Assembly: GCA_028534125.1 (NCBI GenBank)
Contig: CM052817.1
Coordinates: 79,114,001-79,178,000, forward strand
Direction of reading: 5' to 3'
DNA: 64,000 nt
DNA from: Lama glama
Lineage: Eukaryota
This document shows, piece by piece, positions 11,850 through 25,359 of the stretch; position 1 is the first letter of the stretch; every line of letters starts with the position of its first letter. The notes under the pieces are model-generated. The model made no database searches. It worked only from the letters and a program-made list of their open reading frames with translations, and had not been told where the DNA came from. The translations under genes and the position numbers were made by a program.

Positions 11850-12392
11850 TGTTGTGGAAAAAATGTGTTACAGCTCAGCTGTGACAGCAACCTGGACCCA
11901 GGCGAGAGACCAAGCAGCACTCAGAGAGTTGGAGAACTCAGCTTTATTATGCCAACAAGCCCAGCGGAGTTAACACTTCAAGCTCCAGACCCTGTCTATA
12001 GGTTTACACAGGCCTTTTATAGGTGCCAGTTTTACACTTTGCAACATCATATGCAAATAAAGTACAACAGAAGTTGACCAACCAGGAACAAGCTTTGTAG
12101 AAATAGACCAATCAAGAGTGAGCTCCATGCAAATGAAGTTACTACAAATGGACCAATCAGAAGTTAGGGAAGCAGACCAATCAGAAGTGAGAGTAATAAC
12201 CAATCAGGAGTGAGAGTAATAACCAATCAGAAGTGAGCTCAGGGAACCAATAGAATTCTAGGTATAAGTTAGCCGCTTTAGAGGCAAAAAGTGAGATAGA
12301 GCTTATGGGCCAGGGAACCAGGCGGTGCTGGAAGGAGAGCAGCGGCCCTGCCCAGGGGTCCTGCTGGTCTTTTTATGGGGCTTCCCGCCTCA
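11850..12392 (-). repeat. 5' LTR of provirus (543 bp)
   Basis: Adjacent to the PBS. On the - strand, TATAAAA at 12015-12021 and AATAAA at 11943-11948. Six CCAAT boxes; ATGCAAAT at 12051 and 12127. Confidence 0.97.
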
Positions 12393-12396
12393 GTAG

Positions 12397-13730
12397 AACC
12401 CACTCTCTAGTATTTTCCTGAAAAGGAGGTAAAATTTTAAACCTTGTATGTCTAAAATGTCTTTAATCTGCCTTCACACTTGTTAGAAAATTTGACAGAG
12501 AACAGAAATTAAGATTTGAAATAACTGTCCATCTGTGTTTTGAAGGGATCACTCCATTGATTATCTTCCATGAGGCAAGGAAGGAGTCTGATACCTTTCA
12601 GATTCTGGATCTTCTGTATGTTTTTAACTTTGGGAGTTTGTAGGACCTTTTCTTGTCTCCGGGGTTCTGAAATTTCACAACAGCTTGCCTTAGTGTAGTT
12701 TTTTGTCTTTGCGTGCATTGTGTAGGGTGCTAAGTGAGGTCTCTTAATCCACAAACTCACGTCCCTCGGTTCAGGAAACTCATTATTTCTTCAAAAATCC
12801 TACCCTGTGTTTTTGTATTCTCTCTTTCTGGAACTCCTGGCTTATTAGAATTTTGCACCTCCTGAAATCTAATATTTTCCATTTCTCTTCCATTTTCCAT
12901 TACCTTATTTTTGATTGCCATTCTGAAAGATTTCCTCAAATTTATCTTCCAAACTCTCTTCTGAAATTTTCTATTATTTTTAACTTCAAAGAGCAATCTT
13001 TTGCTCTCTGAATAGTTTCATTCTATAGCCTTCTCTCATTGCTTCCCAAATGCTGTATCTCTTCTTTCCCCATGAGGATATTAACTACAGAGTTTGCTTG
13101 CTTGCTTGCTTGGTTTTAAGTTTTCTTGCATTTCACATGTAGTTTCTATTTTCCTCAAGTGATTGTTTGATTTGATTCTGTCATGGCAGAGGCTTTTCTT
13201 AAACAACTGGTAATTCCCAGTTGTCTGCTCATATTTAAAATTAAGCAGGAAAAAAGAACTGACTGGAACAGTCTGGTACACATCCCCGTAGGGTGAGCTG
13301 ACTGGGTGGGCTCTTTCGTTGTTTCTTGTTTGTTCCTTTGTTTTTGATTTCAGCGAGCTTCCTACAGAGAACTCAACCACACTCTCACCAGGAAAGTGAA
13401 ACTTTGGCTGCCAATTCATTTCTTTGACAGACTTGCAATTAATCCTCCCATTGTCAGCACACCTGCACCCCTATTCTAATATTTCTAAATATTTCTGAGA
13501 TCCTGTAGGTCTGATCAGCCCTTTTCTCAGCTTTCCTTACTGCCAGCTTTGGTTTCAGGTGTTAATTCAGTTTTGCCACCAGTCCATCTGCTTTCCAGTT
13601 TCCAATGTTCTGTTGCTTCCATGTCCTCTACTTATAAATATCTCATTTTCTGCCTTATAAGTTTCTGGCTTAAAAAAACCATTTACTGTCACTTTTATGT
13701 AATTTTGGGAGGGAGGGTGAGTAAACACTC
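12397..13730 (-). mobile_element. Ancient L1/HAL1-type ORF1 remnant, apparently interrupted by the provirus (likely continues at ~3430-4292)
   Basis: Degraded ORF1-like peptide ..SNKPGVPERENTKTQGRIFEEI.. at 12757-12996. T-rich antisense L1-like composition on both sides of the ERV. Confidence 0.6.
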
Positions 13731-15050
13731 ATATTTACTCTGCCCTAGTCTAACCAGAAGGCTTGAAACTGCCTCTCTCTTGTCTGTGTGTGTTCCCTGT
13801 TCAGTTGGGAGGTGGCTGAGGCAAAGACTGCGTCTCATGCATCATGACAGCCTGGTGTATTGCCTGGCATACATTAGGAGCTCAATAAGAAAGTAAGGGG
13901 TTCTTGAACGGATACACATGTAGCACAGTACTTTTTTTGAAATAGCAACCAAGGTTTTGCTTTGCTTTTCTCTCCAGTATTTCATTTTCCTCTTTTCAGC
14001 TAGGCTAGTCTGTTATTGCTGCTTCAGGGAATGCATGGACAACAGAAAGCAAACTCTGCCTGCAGTTTGAGTTTCAAAAGTTTTTATCTTTAGGAAAATT
14101 CAAAGGGCTCATGGCATAAACAAAATATTGGGGCAAAGCATTGTGAAGCATACCTCTACCTCTCCCCTAAAACTGGAGGACTGACCCAAAAGAGAATCAG
14201 AGCTCTTCTCTAAGGAGGCAGCAAAGCTGTGTAGAAAAAATAGTGTGTCTGGGCAGGTGGGATCCGCTCATCCCACTGGAATAGCTCCAGAGCACTGGAA
14301 AGTTTCCTTTGCATTCGAGGATGAAAACAAGGCAAACAGAGAAAGTCAGTGGATCTGAAGGGGCCTTGTAAATAAGAATGAAGGTCAAGATATGCCAGAC
14401 TGGACTAGTGAATGAGGAGACAGGTGGTGCCCATATGGGTAGATACATCGTGCACAGATGACACTGAGATCCCCCCTATCCCGATGCTGTGGTACTATGT
14501 AAGTCTCTCGTTACTTAAACACAATCCTAGAGAAATCCCCAAATTGACTAAGACTCTGTTATCGCTGCTTCAGGGAATGCATTGGACAACAGAAGGCAAA
14601 CTCTGCCTGGATTTTGAGCTTCAACAGTTCAGGGTCTTTAGGAAAATTCAGAAGGCTCATAGCATAAACAAAATACTGAGGTAAAATATTGTCAACCAAA
14701 CATTTACTTTCCCAAGTAAAATGGAAGCTCAAGATTGAAATTAAGATGAGTTATAAAAAAATGAAATTGTATTTCCCCAATATTCCTATTGGTTAGTTGA
14801 AATTCATATACATAAAACCTATAAAGGCAAAGATACGTATACAAATACAGTGATAATGACCACCAGATATTCATTTCTAAATTCCCATTTAAAAATTCAT
14901 GACAAGTATTTACACAACAGATGATCAAATATGTTAATACAGCAACATGCTAAATTAAAGTAGAGATTTATATTTAGTGACAAATCATCCATAAAATCAA
15001 ACATGTAGGTAGATTGCTTGGTCAAACTGTTTATATAATTTGTTAATCTT

Positions 15051-15488
15051 TTTATTTTTACTTTTTTTATTGAAGTATAGTCAATTTACAGTGTTGTGTC
15101 AGTTTCTTGTGTACAGCACAATTCTTCAGTCATACATGAATATACATATATTTGTTTTCATGCTCTTTTTCCATAAGCTACTACAAGACATTGAATATAG
15201 TTCCCTGTGCTATACAGTATGAACTTGTTTATCTGTTTTATATATACCAGTCAGTATCTGTGAATCTCGAACTCCTGATTTATCCCTTCACTCCTGATAA
15301 CCATAAGTTTGTTTTCTATGTCTGTGAGTCTGTTTCTGTTTTATAAATAAGTTCATTTGTCTGTTTTTTTTTTCAGATTCCACATATGAGTAATATCATA
15401 TGGTATTTTTCTTTCTCTTTCTGGCTTACTTCACTTAGAATGACATTCTCCGGGGCCATCCATGTTGCTGCAAATGGCATTATTTTTA
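15051..15488 (-). mobile_element. 5'-truncated young L1 (end of ORF2 plus 3' UTR)
   Basis: Encodes IMPFAATWMAPENVILSEVSQKEKEKYHMILLICGI. 20-bp TSD TTATATAATT(T/A)GTTAATCTT at 15031-15050 and 15489-15508. Confidence 0.93.
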
Positions 15489-16106
15489 TTATATAATTAG
15501 TTAATCTTAACAGAATAAATAAGAAAATATAGCAACACCTGTCAGGGATGTATGTCAAGACCTTTGCTTTCAGCTGAGATGAAGGCCAGTGCCCTCACTG
15601 AGAATGACTAGAAAAGCTGGACAAAATACACAAAACGGTATCTGTTTGAAGGCATTAAAGAACTGCTGGGGAAACTAGGACTTGAGCAATAAGACTTTGG
15701 AGAAGGAAGAAACTTGGAGAGGAGCATTGGCACTCTGCAACTGATTTTTCTCTTGGGGCACTTGCCAGTTCCGACTACCTGGCAAGAGGTCAAGAATCTA
15801 GGCCAGAGATTTGGGCAGGAGGTCACCAAAGGCGGAGAAGGCAGCAGAATTCTTGGCAGTCTGGGGAGCTGGAGAGAAAAATTGGAATCTTGTGAGACTG
15901 GGATGCCAGTGAGAAGGGTGGGTGGAAACACGAATCTCACACTTGACCTTTTTCCCAAATTCTGATGCTCCATGGAGTGAGATACTAAGAAAGTTGGCAG
16001 AAAGTCTCTATAAAGTAGAGCAGAGATTTTGCAAACTTAAAAGCCTCACCAGGAGGACAGGGTCACAGTGAGCACCCCAGGTCCTTAGCTAGAACCCCAG
16101 GAGGGT

Positions 16107-16465
16107 GTTCAGTTGGGTCCGGTTGCTATATCAAAAACACCATATGCTGCGTGACTTAAACAACAAACATTATTGCTCACCATTCTGGAGGCTGGAAAGT
16201 CCAGGATCAAGGCTCCGGAGGAATCATTTCCTGGCAAGAGCCAACTTCCTGGTTTATAGACCATCTTCTTGCTGTGTCCTCACTTGTCAGAAGAGATGAG
16301 GAGCTCGGCACGGTCTCTTTTATGAGGGTACTAATCGCATTCCTGGGGACTGTGTCGTCATGACCTAACCACCTCTCAGGGCTCCACCTCCTAATACCAT
16401 CACATTAGGGGGTTAGGGTTTCAACATACGAATTTGGGGGAGACATAAACATTCAGTCTAGAGCA
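16107..16465 (-). mobile_element. MaLR LTR (MLT1-type)
   Basis: cttaaacaaca..ttctggaggctggaaagtcc..ctaataccatcacattagg..gtttcaacata..gacataaacattcagtc. Confidence 0.85.
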
Positions 16466-16529
16466 GAAGGTTACTCTCTAGAAGCAGGGATGGATAGGAG
16501 ATGGAAAAGAGCCTCACAAAAACTGTAAT

Positions 16530-16915
16530 ACACTTACGTCATTCTGGAAAAGGGAAAGCTACAAAGACAATAAAAAGATCAGTAGCAGCCCGGGCTGGGG
16601 TTAGGGAGGGATAACTAGATGGAACACGGGGAATTTTTACGACAGTGAAACTACTCTGCACGGTACTGTGATGGTGGATACACGTCGTTATACATTTGTC
16701 ACCAACAGTGAAACCTAATGCAAACTATGGACTTTGGGTGATAATGATGTGTCAACGTAGAGTCATCCTTTGAAAAAAAGTGTACCATGCTGGTGAGGGA
16801 CGTTGATAATAAAGGAGGCTATTGCAAGCGTTGGGGTAGGGGGCATATAGGAACTTTGCTTTCTGCTCAATTTTTCTGGGAACGTAAAACTGCTCTAAAA
16901 ACTAAAGCCTGAAAA
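16530..16915 (+). mobile_element. Old L1 3' UTR fragment
   Basis: cattctggaaaagg..aactatggactttgggtgataatgatgtgtca. Confidence 0.75.
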
Positions 16916-17269
16916 AATACCTGTAAAGCAGACTGCAGTTGGTTTTACCTCTGATTGGATTAAAGTGATCAGCTCTCTAGTAGAAGAGGTTAAGCCTCTC
17001 TAGCAGAAGATTTTTACCTCAAAGTCTCTAATTTTTAAAATACAATGTCTGGATCAGATTGGATCAAAATTTACCAGGCATTCCAGGACACAAAAACAAT
17101 TATTTAAAACTGTAAATAAAAAAATAGAAATAAACACATCTATCCAGATATTTTAGTTCTCAAAAGACATTTAAAATAAGTGTGATTAATCTGTTCAGGA
17201 AAAAATAGATGAAAAGAATGTATGTTATTAGTTAAAACCATAAGTATGAGCTGTGGAGGGCAACAGATA

Positions 17270-17480
17270 TCCAAAAAGTGACAATAATACTACAAATGCA
17301 TACCAGGTATTGTTCTAAGTGATTCTTTGATTTCTCACAATTCTGTGAAATAAGTACTATTATTGCCCCCAGTCTACAAATGAGGAAACTGAGGTAGAAG
17401 ATGATTAAATAAATGATTATGGTTACATGACTATTAATGGCAGAACAAGAATTTGAACTCAGGTAGTCCAACCACAAAGC
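17270..17480 (-). mobile_element. MIR (others at ~22230-22450, ~32800-32970, ~58190-58325)
   Basis: Core tacaaatgaggaaactgagg..gcagaacaagaatttgaactcagg. Confidence 0.75.
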
Positions 17481-18605
17481 CCTATATAAACACATACAGC
17501 ATTTAGTCACAACTCTATATAGAGTATATGTCTTGTACAATTACAATAGCCATAGATAGATTATGCTATGGATAAAGCAATGTAGAATCCTGACAGTTCA
17601 AATTATCCAGGGCACTAAAATGTTTTTCTGTTTTCTCATGGCTCCAAACCATAAGAATGTGGGAGTTTGAACTTAGCCTAAATTGCATAGAGATGTAGTC
17701 TTGAATCCAAGCTGCCCAATAATGTCTGTCTGGGAGTACAAAAGACCAAGAAGAAATGTGTCTAATTTTAAGTAGATGAAAAATAGAAAATAAAAACAAG
17801 TATGTAAAATTTGACCAAAAACAGAGCTCAATGTTTACCACCATTTAAGTTATTTTTGTCAACTTTCACCTAGACATCCTCTAATTATTATAATTGCCAC
17901 CTGTGAATCCTTAGCTGCAGAACTACAGTTAATTCACTCATCCTACCTGTGGGTAGATAACCTTGGCAGAAAATTCCACATACACAGGCCTCTTCCAGCA
18001 GTACTCCCTGGAAACCAAGCCTTCATTCTTTCATACCCACAGTTCTTGTTGACAGACACATACCTGGATGACCACCTTACTACGTTTCTTACTTAAGAAA
18101 TGTGTTTGAAAGGACAGTGGACTGCACAGCAGGAAATCCCTCCCCGTCTCCCACACTCCCCTTCCCAACAACGCCTTTTCACTGCCAGAAAACTCTACCA
18201 TTAGACTTGATCTCTCCAAATCTTTTCTGTACAGGTAAATCAAACATTTGTCATCATTTTCATGTCAGTATGAATTAATGAAACAACTCAGTCTCATGGG
18301 CAGCTAGCTGTGATTGGGGCATAAGGAAGCTGGAGTTTTGACTGGGACAAAGTAAGCACAAGTCATGACAATTTTTGAGCTTTAACTACAGGGTTGTCAT
18401 TGTTTTCTTAATCACACAAAATGAAAATAATACTGTAACCCACCCCATAGAACTGAGGGGAAGACTGCATGAGAGTAATGAGCATAAATATGCTTATGAT
18501 AGTATCAGGCACACAGTAGGTGCTTAACAAATGATGACTTTTATAATTAATACAATTATTTGACTTTGCAATAATGAAGAAAATTTTTAAATCAAATGTT
18601 ATGAT

Positions 18606-18775
18606 AACTCACAGAGAAAAAAAATATGACAATGAGTGTGTGTATGTCCATGAATGACTGAAAAATTGTGCTGAACACTGAAATTTGACACAACATTGTA
18701 AAATGATTATAAATCAATAAAAAATGTTAAAAAATAAAAAACAAAAAACAAACAAACAAACAAAAATAAATAAAA
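18606..18775 (+). mobile_element. Young L1 3' end
   Basis: Near-identical to 37374-37558; AATAAA and poly(A)-like tail. Confidence 0.85.
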
Positions 18776-19744
18776 GAATTGGCAAGATGGTTATGGCGGT
18801 GGATCTGAATAAAGTCTAAGAAAAGAATAAAATTAACCCCTCAACTCACTGTCCAAGATCATTTTTGCTGCTTTGGATGATGCATGAAAGACTTGCAAGC
18901 ACCTTGTGATCTAACTGTTTAGCATACAAACCTAAATATTCATAGATTTACAAATCTATTTAATATATTTAAGAAATTCTGTGCAAGTTTATAGTTAAAA
19001 TCTTCTCTCCCCATTTACTGAGGTTCATTGTCTCTTCATATGTCTACTTGTGAACAAAGCAATCACCTAACCCTCGAAGTTAGGTGCACTATTGTTTTTC
19101 TCATATGAAAATTTTCTTCCTAACTCAGTATCAACAGGGCATGCCCATTGAGCTATATTTTTCCACAGCAGTAGTACATAAAAACTCGAGCATTTTCTCA
19201 CTGAGTTCCTTCTGTAACCAGAAGCAAACCTCTCCAAGCTTGTTAAGAGGTTTCACAGGTACCATTTGTCTACAAATCAAAAATAAGCCAGTTGTCTCCT
19301 GGATGCAAAAACTAATGAGTTTGCCTCATTAGTGCTTTGCTGTAAGTAATCTCAGAAGGATTTCCCCGGGCTAGCTCTCTGGCCAACCTTGTGGATGGTA
19401 TGTTTACTCAGTCACCTGAGAAGTATGTATATTTATGAATGAGTGAGACTGGAGAGAAAGATCTGAAAAGGCAGAAGCGTCTTTAAACAAGGAGACTGCA
19501 TAGGGTGCCAGGTCGGACTGGAGTCCTTGATGAATCATTGATCATTGGCTTGTGGCCCTACCATTTACCAGCTGTTTGACCTTGAGTGAGTCATTCACAG
19601 GCATCTTGCCTTTTCTCACAGGAGAAACAATACTGTTAGAGTGGCGGGTTTCTAAATTCCCTTTCTATTAATCTTACCTGTTAAGATGAGAAGAGGAAAT
19701 TGAAATGGAAGTTTTTTGTTCCTTATTAAGAGATGCCATTTTCA

Positions 19745-20119
19745 GAGAGTAAAATACCATATGATATCGCTTATATGTGGAATCTAAAAAAAAGGACATA
19801 AATGAATTTATCTACAAAACAGAAACTGACTCAGACATAGAGAACAAACTTATGGTTATGAAGTTGGGGGGAGAAGGGAGAAGGGGGAGGTAAGGAGTAA
19901 ATCAGGAATGAGAAATTTGCACCTCTTGGGGGGTGATGGAAATGTTAGCTGTCTTGATTGGTTTCATTGGTAGACATGTCTACTAAAATTCATCAAATTG
20001 TACACCTGAAATATGTGTAGTTTACTGTACAGGAATCATACCACAAAAAGGTGTTAAAATATGAATAAAGTGTAAATACTGAAAATTAATTATTTAATTT
20101 AATTTAATTTAATTTTAAA
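19745..20119 (+). mobile_element. L1 3' fragment with TSD
   Basis: aaataccatatgatatcgcttatatgtggaatctaaaa (ORF2 end). Flanked by AAGAGATGCCA(T/C)TTTCA at 19728 and 20120. Confidence 0.85.
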
Positions 20120-23100
20120 AAGAGATGCCACTTTCAAAGGCTAAGATGATAGCTACTTATATGGAGATAAAAGACTTAAATAAAATTAAATTACACAGAC
20201 TAGTGGAAATAAAATTAAAGTCAACTAATTTCCTCAAGAATCACTCTCAAGTGTACCTTCAATGTCACATGAATTGCCCACACAAATAAAGTCATCTGAT
20301 TTTTACAAAGGCACAAAGGCACAAAGGCAATTCAAAGGATTGTTTAAACAGTGCTGCAAAAATTGAACATCCACAGGCAAACGATTAAATAAAACTAGAC
20401 ACATTATATATTTCACAAAAATTAACTCCAAATGGATCATAGGAGGTGGAGCATAACCCCTCGTCCCTTAAGTGTGGGCTACAAGTAGCGACTTCTTTCC
20501 AAAGAGTACAGCACAGAAAGCGGGAAAAAAGAATAACCTTATGGTGAAGAAACTTGACAAATACCACCTCACTTAAGTGAGTAAGATTAACAACAACAGC
20601 TGTAAGTCATGTTGACAGCACAGGAAATTTCAGAGCATGCTGGGTCAAAAGATACGTAGGAGTGGACTACATATGAACCGGTGTAACCTTTAGTGGGGGG
20701 CGGGGGGTAGCAACAGTCACAGGCGTCCCAAAGGAGAGGGGCTCCCGGGAGGCTGAGGGGGCACGTTCCCACTCGCCTGGTTGGTTTGTTTCTAAATCTG
20801 CCTTGCCTCCCTTGTCGCCTCATCCTTTCCTGCCAACAACCCCACCCCCACCCAGTTTCTGATACCCAGCCCGGCAATGGTTTCTACTACAAATACTTTG
20901 TGTCTGTCAAGTATTTGGGGCAGATCGAAAAGAAAAGGCTGTGAGGCACTGAACCAGATTATTTAAAGCCCTCTGCAAGGCTGAGAGTCTATGACTACAA
21001 GAAAAAGCATCAGCTCCGCATACTGTCTCCCTCAGCAGTCCTCTTGTCCCCCGGAACAGCCCCTCCTCTTTCCAGTCTCGACATCACATCCGTGTATAAT
21101 AGCTCCTTTCACAACACAGGACATTGTTTCATAATGAAGGCCATTTATTTATGCTTGGAATTAACTCATATTGGCTTTTTTAAATGCTCACATCTTCCAT
21201 TTTAGCCCAACTCCGTAGAAGATCGAAGTAGGAAGTCTCCCTTAAATTCACAACCTTTTTTGGCGGGAAGAGGCCTCTTTTGCCAAACTGCAACATTGCA
21301 GTCTAGGGGAGCTCCTGTCTCCGCTCACTTTGGGAACCCACAGGCCCTGAGTGTGCGTACGGGTTGTCCATCCCGTAAGTGACGTATTGCTGAAAGCCAC
21401 AATGCACTATAGACGGGGGTTCCTGGAATGACAGCTTTTTCTCCAAGACCACAGTTCTTTTCCAGGCCACCAGTGAAAATAAGAAGAGCACAACACGCAC
21501 AGCCTTCCTGAGGAGTCCTGCCATCGCTCCTTTTCCCTGACAACACAGAAAACTAGCACTCAGAGGAAAGACGTGATCTGAAACGTTTCCAATTTCCTCC
21601 TGCTCAGAACAAAGCTTGAGACCACCATCTTGCAGCCTCATACGGAAAACGCAATCATAGAACATAAACAGAACATAAACATCAAAGCACAGCACTTTTC
21701 CATTTTTATAGAGCCAGTTGTGTGTCTGCTTCACATTTTATCAGTTTTATTGATAATGAGAACACCTAGAAGCAACTGTCTAGCTTGTAAGTCACATGAT
21801 ACTTTATTACTGTTCTTTTCCCCAAAGACGATAACCCAGGTAGTAAAACAATGGATTCACTGACTAAATGACACGCTCCATTATCTCTAAGTAGGTTTCA
21901 GACTAAGTTTATCAGGGGTTACCTGCATCTGATCAGCCCCGCTAGCTGCCAGATAGTCACTGCTGTGGCGGGCTGTTCATCTGTCTCACGCGCTCAAGGG
22001 GCCCCTTTCTCAGGAGGACGTGTCCCTGCACATAACATCGGCCTCTGCTGTTCTTATCACGGTCCATGGGAATCATTTGTTTACACATCTGTCCTGCATC
22101 CGAGACTGTGAACTCTCTGAGGACTGGAAGTTTGGTCTTACTTATCTTCAGAGTTTCGGGGCCCAGAGCAAAATAACTGTACAATGTGTGTTTGTTAAGC
22201 GAGTGAACAAAACATTGAACGGCCATCAGGGAAGCCCAGTGGTTAAAAAGATGTGCCCCAGTGGCAGATGTCTGTGGCTTTCAGTGCTGGTTCCCCCACT
22301 TTTCACCTGTGTGACATGGCACAATTAACCCATTTGTGCCTCAGTTAATCTGTTAAGTGGGGTTAATAATAGAACTTCCTTCCTAGGGCTGTTGTGGTAG
22401 TGCACAGGAAGGATGTAGAAAATGCAGGCACACTAAGGTTTAGTACCTGTGGTTGATGTTGTTGTTAACACGATTATTATTACTAGACAATAATGACACC
22501 CCTATTAATACTGGAAGAATTTCTGACATGGGTTCACGGAGCCTTCAATAGTAAGGCAGCAAATCAGATATGTTCCACATGGTGGACAGACAGCTGAGTG
22601 ACGTTTGAAGTGTGCTGTCACCTGTGAACAAAATACAGCTAATATTGGGCAAGTACCTCCTATGAGCCAGGCGTGTATTACGCTTCATATTTGTGACCTC
22701 TTTTTTTTTAGTAGAGTTTATTTTCTGCAACAGTTTTAGCTTCACAACATAATTGAGGGAAAGTTAGAGAGATATCTCATATACCCCATGCCCCCACACA
22801 TGCACAGCTTCCCCCTTTATCAACATTGCCCACCAGAGTGGTACATTTGTTACAGCTGATGAACCTACACCAGCACGTCACAATCACCCAAACCCCATAG
22901 TTTATATCTGAGTTCCCTGTTGGCGTTGTACATTCAGTGGGTTTGGACAAATGTATAATGACATGTATCCATCATTATAGTATCACCCATGGTAGTGTCA
23001 CTGTCCTAAAAATCCATGGCATGTGACCTCTTTCCACTTTCAAAACAATTATGAGGCATTGTTATTATTATGTACATTTTTAAAAGGTGAGAAAAATGAT

Positions 23101-23999
23101 GCTTGGAGAGGTTTAACTTACTAAAGATGGTACCTTCACAAGTGGATCATCTGGCCCCAGGGTCCAGGATCTTTCTGTTCCTGGTTCCCTCCCAGTGGAA
23201 GATGCAGAGAGCAGATGAATCACAGCAACGTGATGAAAGGTCTGGACTTCATATATTCTAGCCCATTATCTGCCACAGTGCGTTCCCAAAGAGCCACTAA
23301 TGCTACTGGGTGTTGTTAAATCACAGCACTGTTTTTTAATCACTATAACCATCAAGTTGTAAATACTATTATCTCCATTGTATGGGTGAAGAAGCTGTAT
23401 TTTTGAGAGCCACATGCCTTGTCTAAATTCCTGTGTTTAATCAGGAGCGGAGCAGGACTAAAACTCAGACTTTTATCTTCCACACTGCCTGACACTTAGC
23501 TCTTAGCCATTTACTGTGGAAATCTTTGTGACAGGCACTGAGCTAAGGGCTGGAAGTGGAAAAGTGAAGAAGACAGTTCCAGCCTTTGTTGGGGAGACAG
23601 GCCTATGAATAATTAAAATGTAAAAGTGCTGTAGAAGATTCACATAAAATACCACTGGGACACGTGGAACTCTTTAAAAGGATGTGACAGTTGAGCTGGG
23701 TGTTGGAGGGTGAGTAGGAGTTTGCCCAGAACCAGAACTGCATGGAGAGCAGAAGGCCAGTCGTATGCGGAATGTGGAGGAAGGTCTTGATTGATGCCAC
23801 ATTTGAAAAGGCGAGACATTTAAATTATTCATGACACAATACTAATAAAACTTGCAAATTATCCTTTAAATGTGCCTACTTGGTAAGTCTACTTATGTGT
23901 GTGTGTGTGTGTGTGTGTGTGTATAAATAAACGAACGAAATGTCACTTAATTCTGGTGTATTTAGGACTATTACCTTGCCCTTTGTCCTTAATCTATCT

Positions 24000-24223
24000 T
24001 AGTGGTTCACGCCTGGGGCCATTTTGAACCCAGGGGACATTAGGTATTGTCTGAAAACATTTTTGTTTGTTACAGCTTGGGGGTCAGGATGGCAGGGATG
24101 CTACCAGAATCTAGTGAACAGAGGCCAAAGATGCAGCCAGCCGTCCTCCAGTGCACAGGCCAACCCCACAACAGAGAAGCATCCTGCTCCAAACGTCAGT
24201 GGTGCCCAGGTTGAGAACCCCTG
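24000..24223. mobile_element. MER20-like hAT DNA transposon
   Basis: agtggttc..caggggacatt..acatttttg..gcacaggcc..cccacaaca..ggttgagaacccctg. Confidence 0.85.
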
Positions 24224-25359
24224 CTTATCTGCTTGGGAAACCACAATTCTCTCCCAGACCGCCAGCAAATTCCAGGGCAAGAGCCCCCCTGAACCAAACC
24301 ACAGACATTCCCATCTCAGGGGAATCAGCGCCGGAGCTCCTGAGTCCCTGCCTGCTCCACAGCCTGGCAGAAAGCCTGCTCTGCGTTACCTGGGTACGGA
24401 GAGGGCACAAAGACGGCCGCACAACAGCGGGCGGGTCAGAGGTCCTGAGGGCCGATGGCATCGCTTAAACATCACCGCACTAATGGTGTCCCTCATAAAC
24501 AGAACCGCCAGGCTACGAGTTAAAGGCCCTGCCTCCTCCTGGGAAGTACACAAGAGCCAACAATTTTTTGCTCTGTGTTGTTCTGCCTTTACTCTGTTTA
24601 CTTAATAACAGCAACAGTCGACGTGACTGAGCGCTTACCCGGTTAAGTACCCAGCACTGCGCCAACCGCTCTGTGTGACCCCTATAACTAAACCCTCCCC
24701 CAGTGCAGCATTGTTTCCAGAGTGTACATTTTCTCCTGCTGGAGACTTACCCTTGTGATAAGAGAAAATACCACGGCCAATCACAGAGAAGGCTGTTGCA
24801 ATGCCTGTCAGTTTTCACCGGAAACCCCAGTCCTCAGAGCAGCAGAGGTCAGTAGGCAGTTACTGAGGGCTTCGACTTTGGTTTAATGGTGCTTCCTCAG
24901 AAGGCTCTTGCCCTTAAGGAGCTTGCAGAGTTAAAAATATGTTTATATCAGCTTCTATTCCATGCAAGTTCGCATTTGGACACCCTTATGAGAGATGAAC
25001 CACTAACATTCCTCAATGATTCCAGACAAGAAGAGTGTTATCCTATAAGCAAAGACATGACGTTCCTGGAAACGTAGCTTAATCTAGGCCCGGTGCTGGG
25101 TTCAGCTGGGAGCAGTTCAGCTGTAAGAGTTGCACTGTTTGAGAGCCTCAGGGCAAAAGGAGGCTGGGGTAGGGCAACCTGGAAGGAAAGTGCAATGGCC
25201 TTCCCCAGGCCCCTCTGCAGTCTAGGCTCAGCTCTGCTGAGTGATGACTTGCAACTGTTTTTGTCCTTGACTCCAGAAAAAGCGTGCTTTACCTGCTCCC
25301 AGCAAATGTCTCATAACTCTGTTCACACTTTCTATATGTGACATGCTGGTATTTTCTGT

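Larger units (their letters stand above)
4293..12392 (-). mobile_element. Class I (gammaretrovirus-like, ERV1) provirus: LTR-PBS-gag-pro-pol-(deleted env)-PPT-LTR
   Basis: Two homologous LTRs with TG...CA ends. 4-bp target duplication GTAG at 4289-4292 and 12393-12396. Gag, PR, RT, RNase H and IN motifs in order on the - strand; PBS and PPT present. Confidence 0.98.

Noticed and set aside
21303..21734. 143-aa - strand ORF
   Set aside because: No recognisable homology; length is compatible with chance.
24024..24605. 193-aa ORF
   Set aside because: Non-ATG start inside a MER20-like element; no domain similarity or exon structure.
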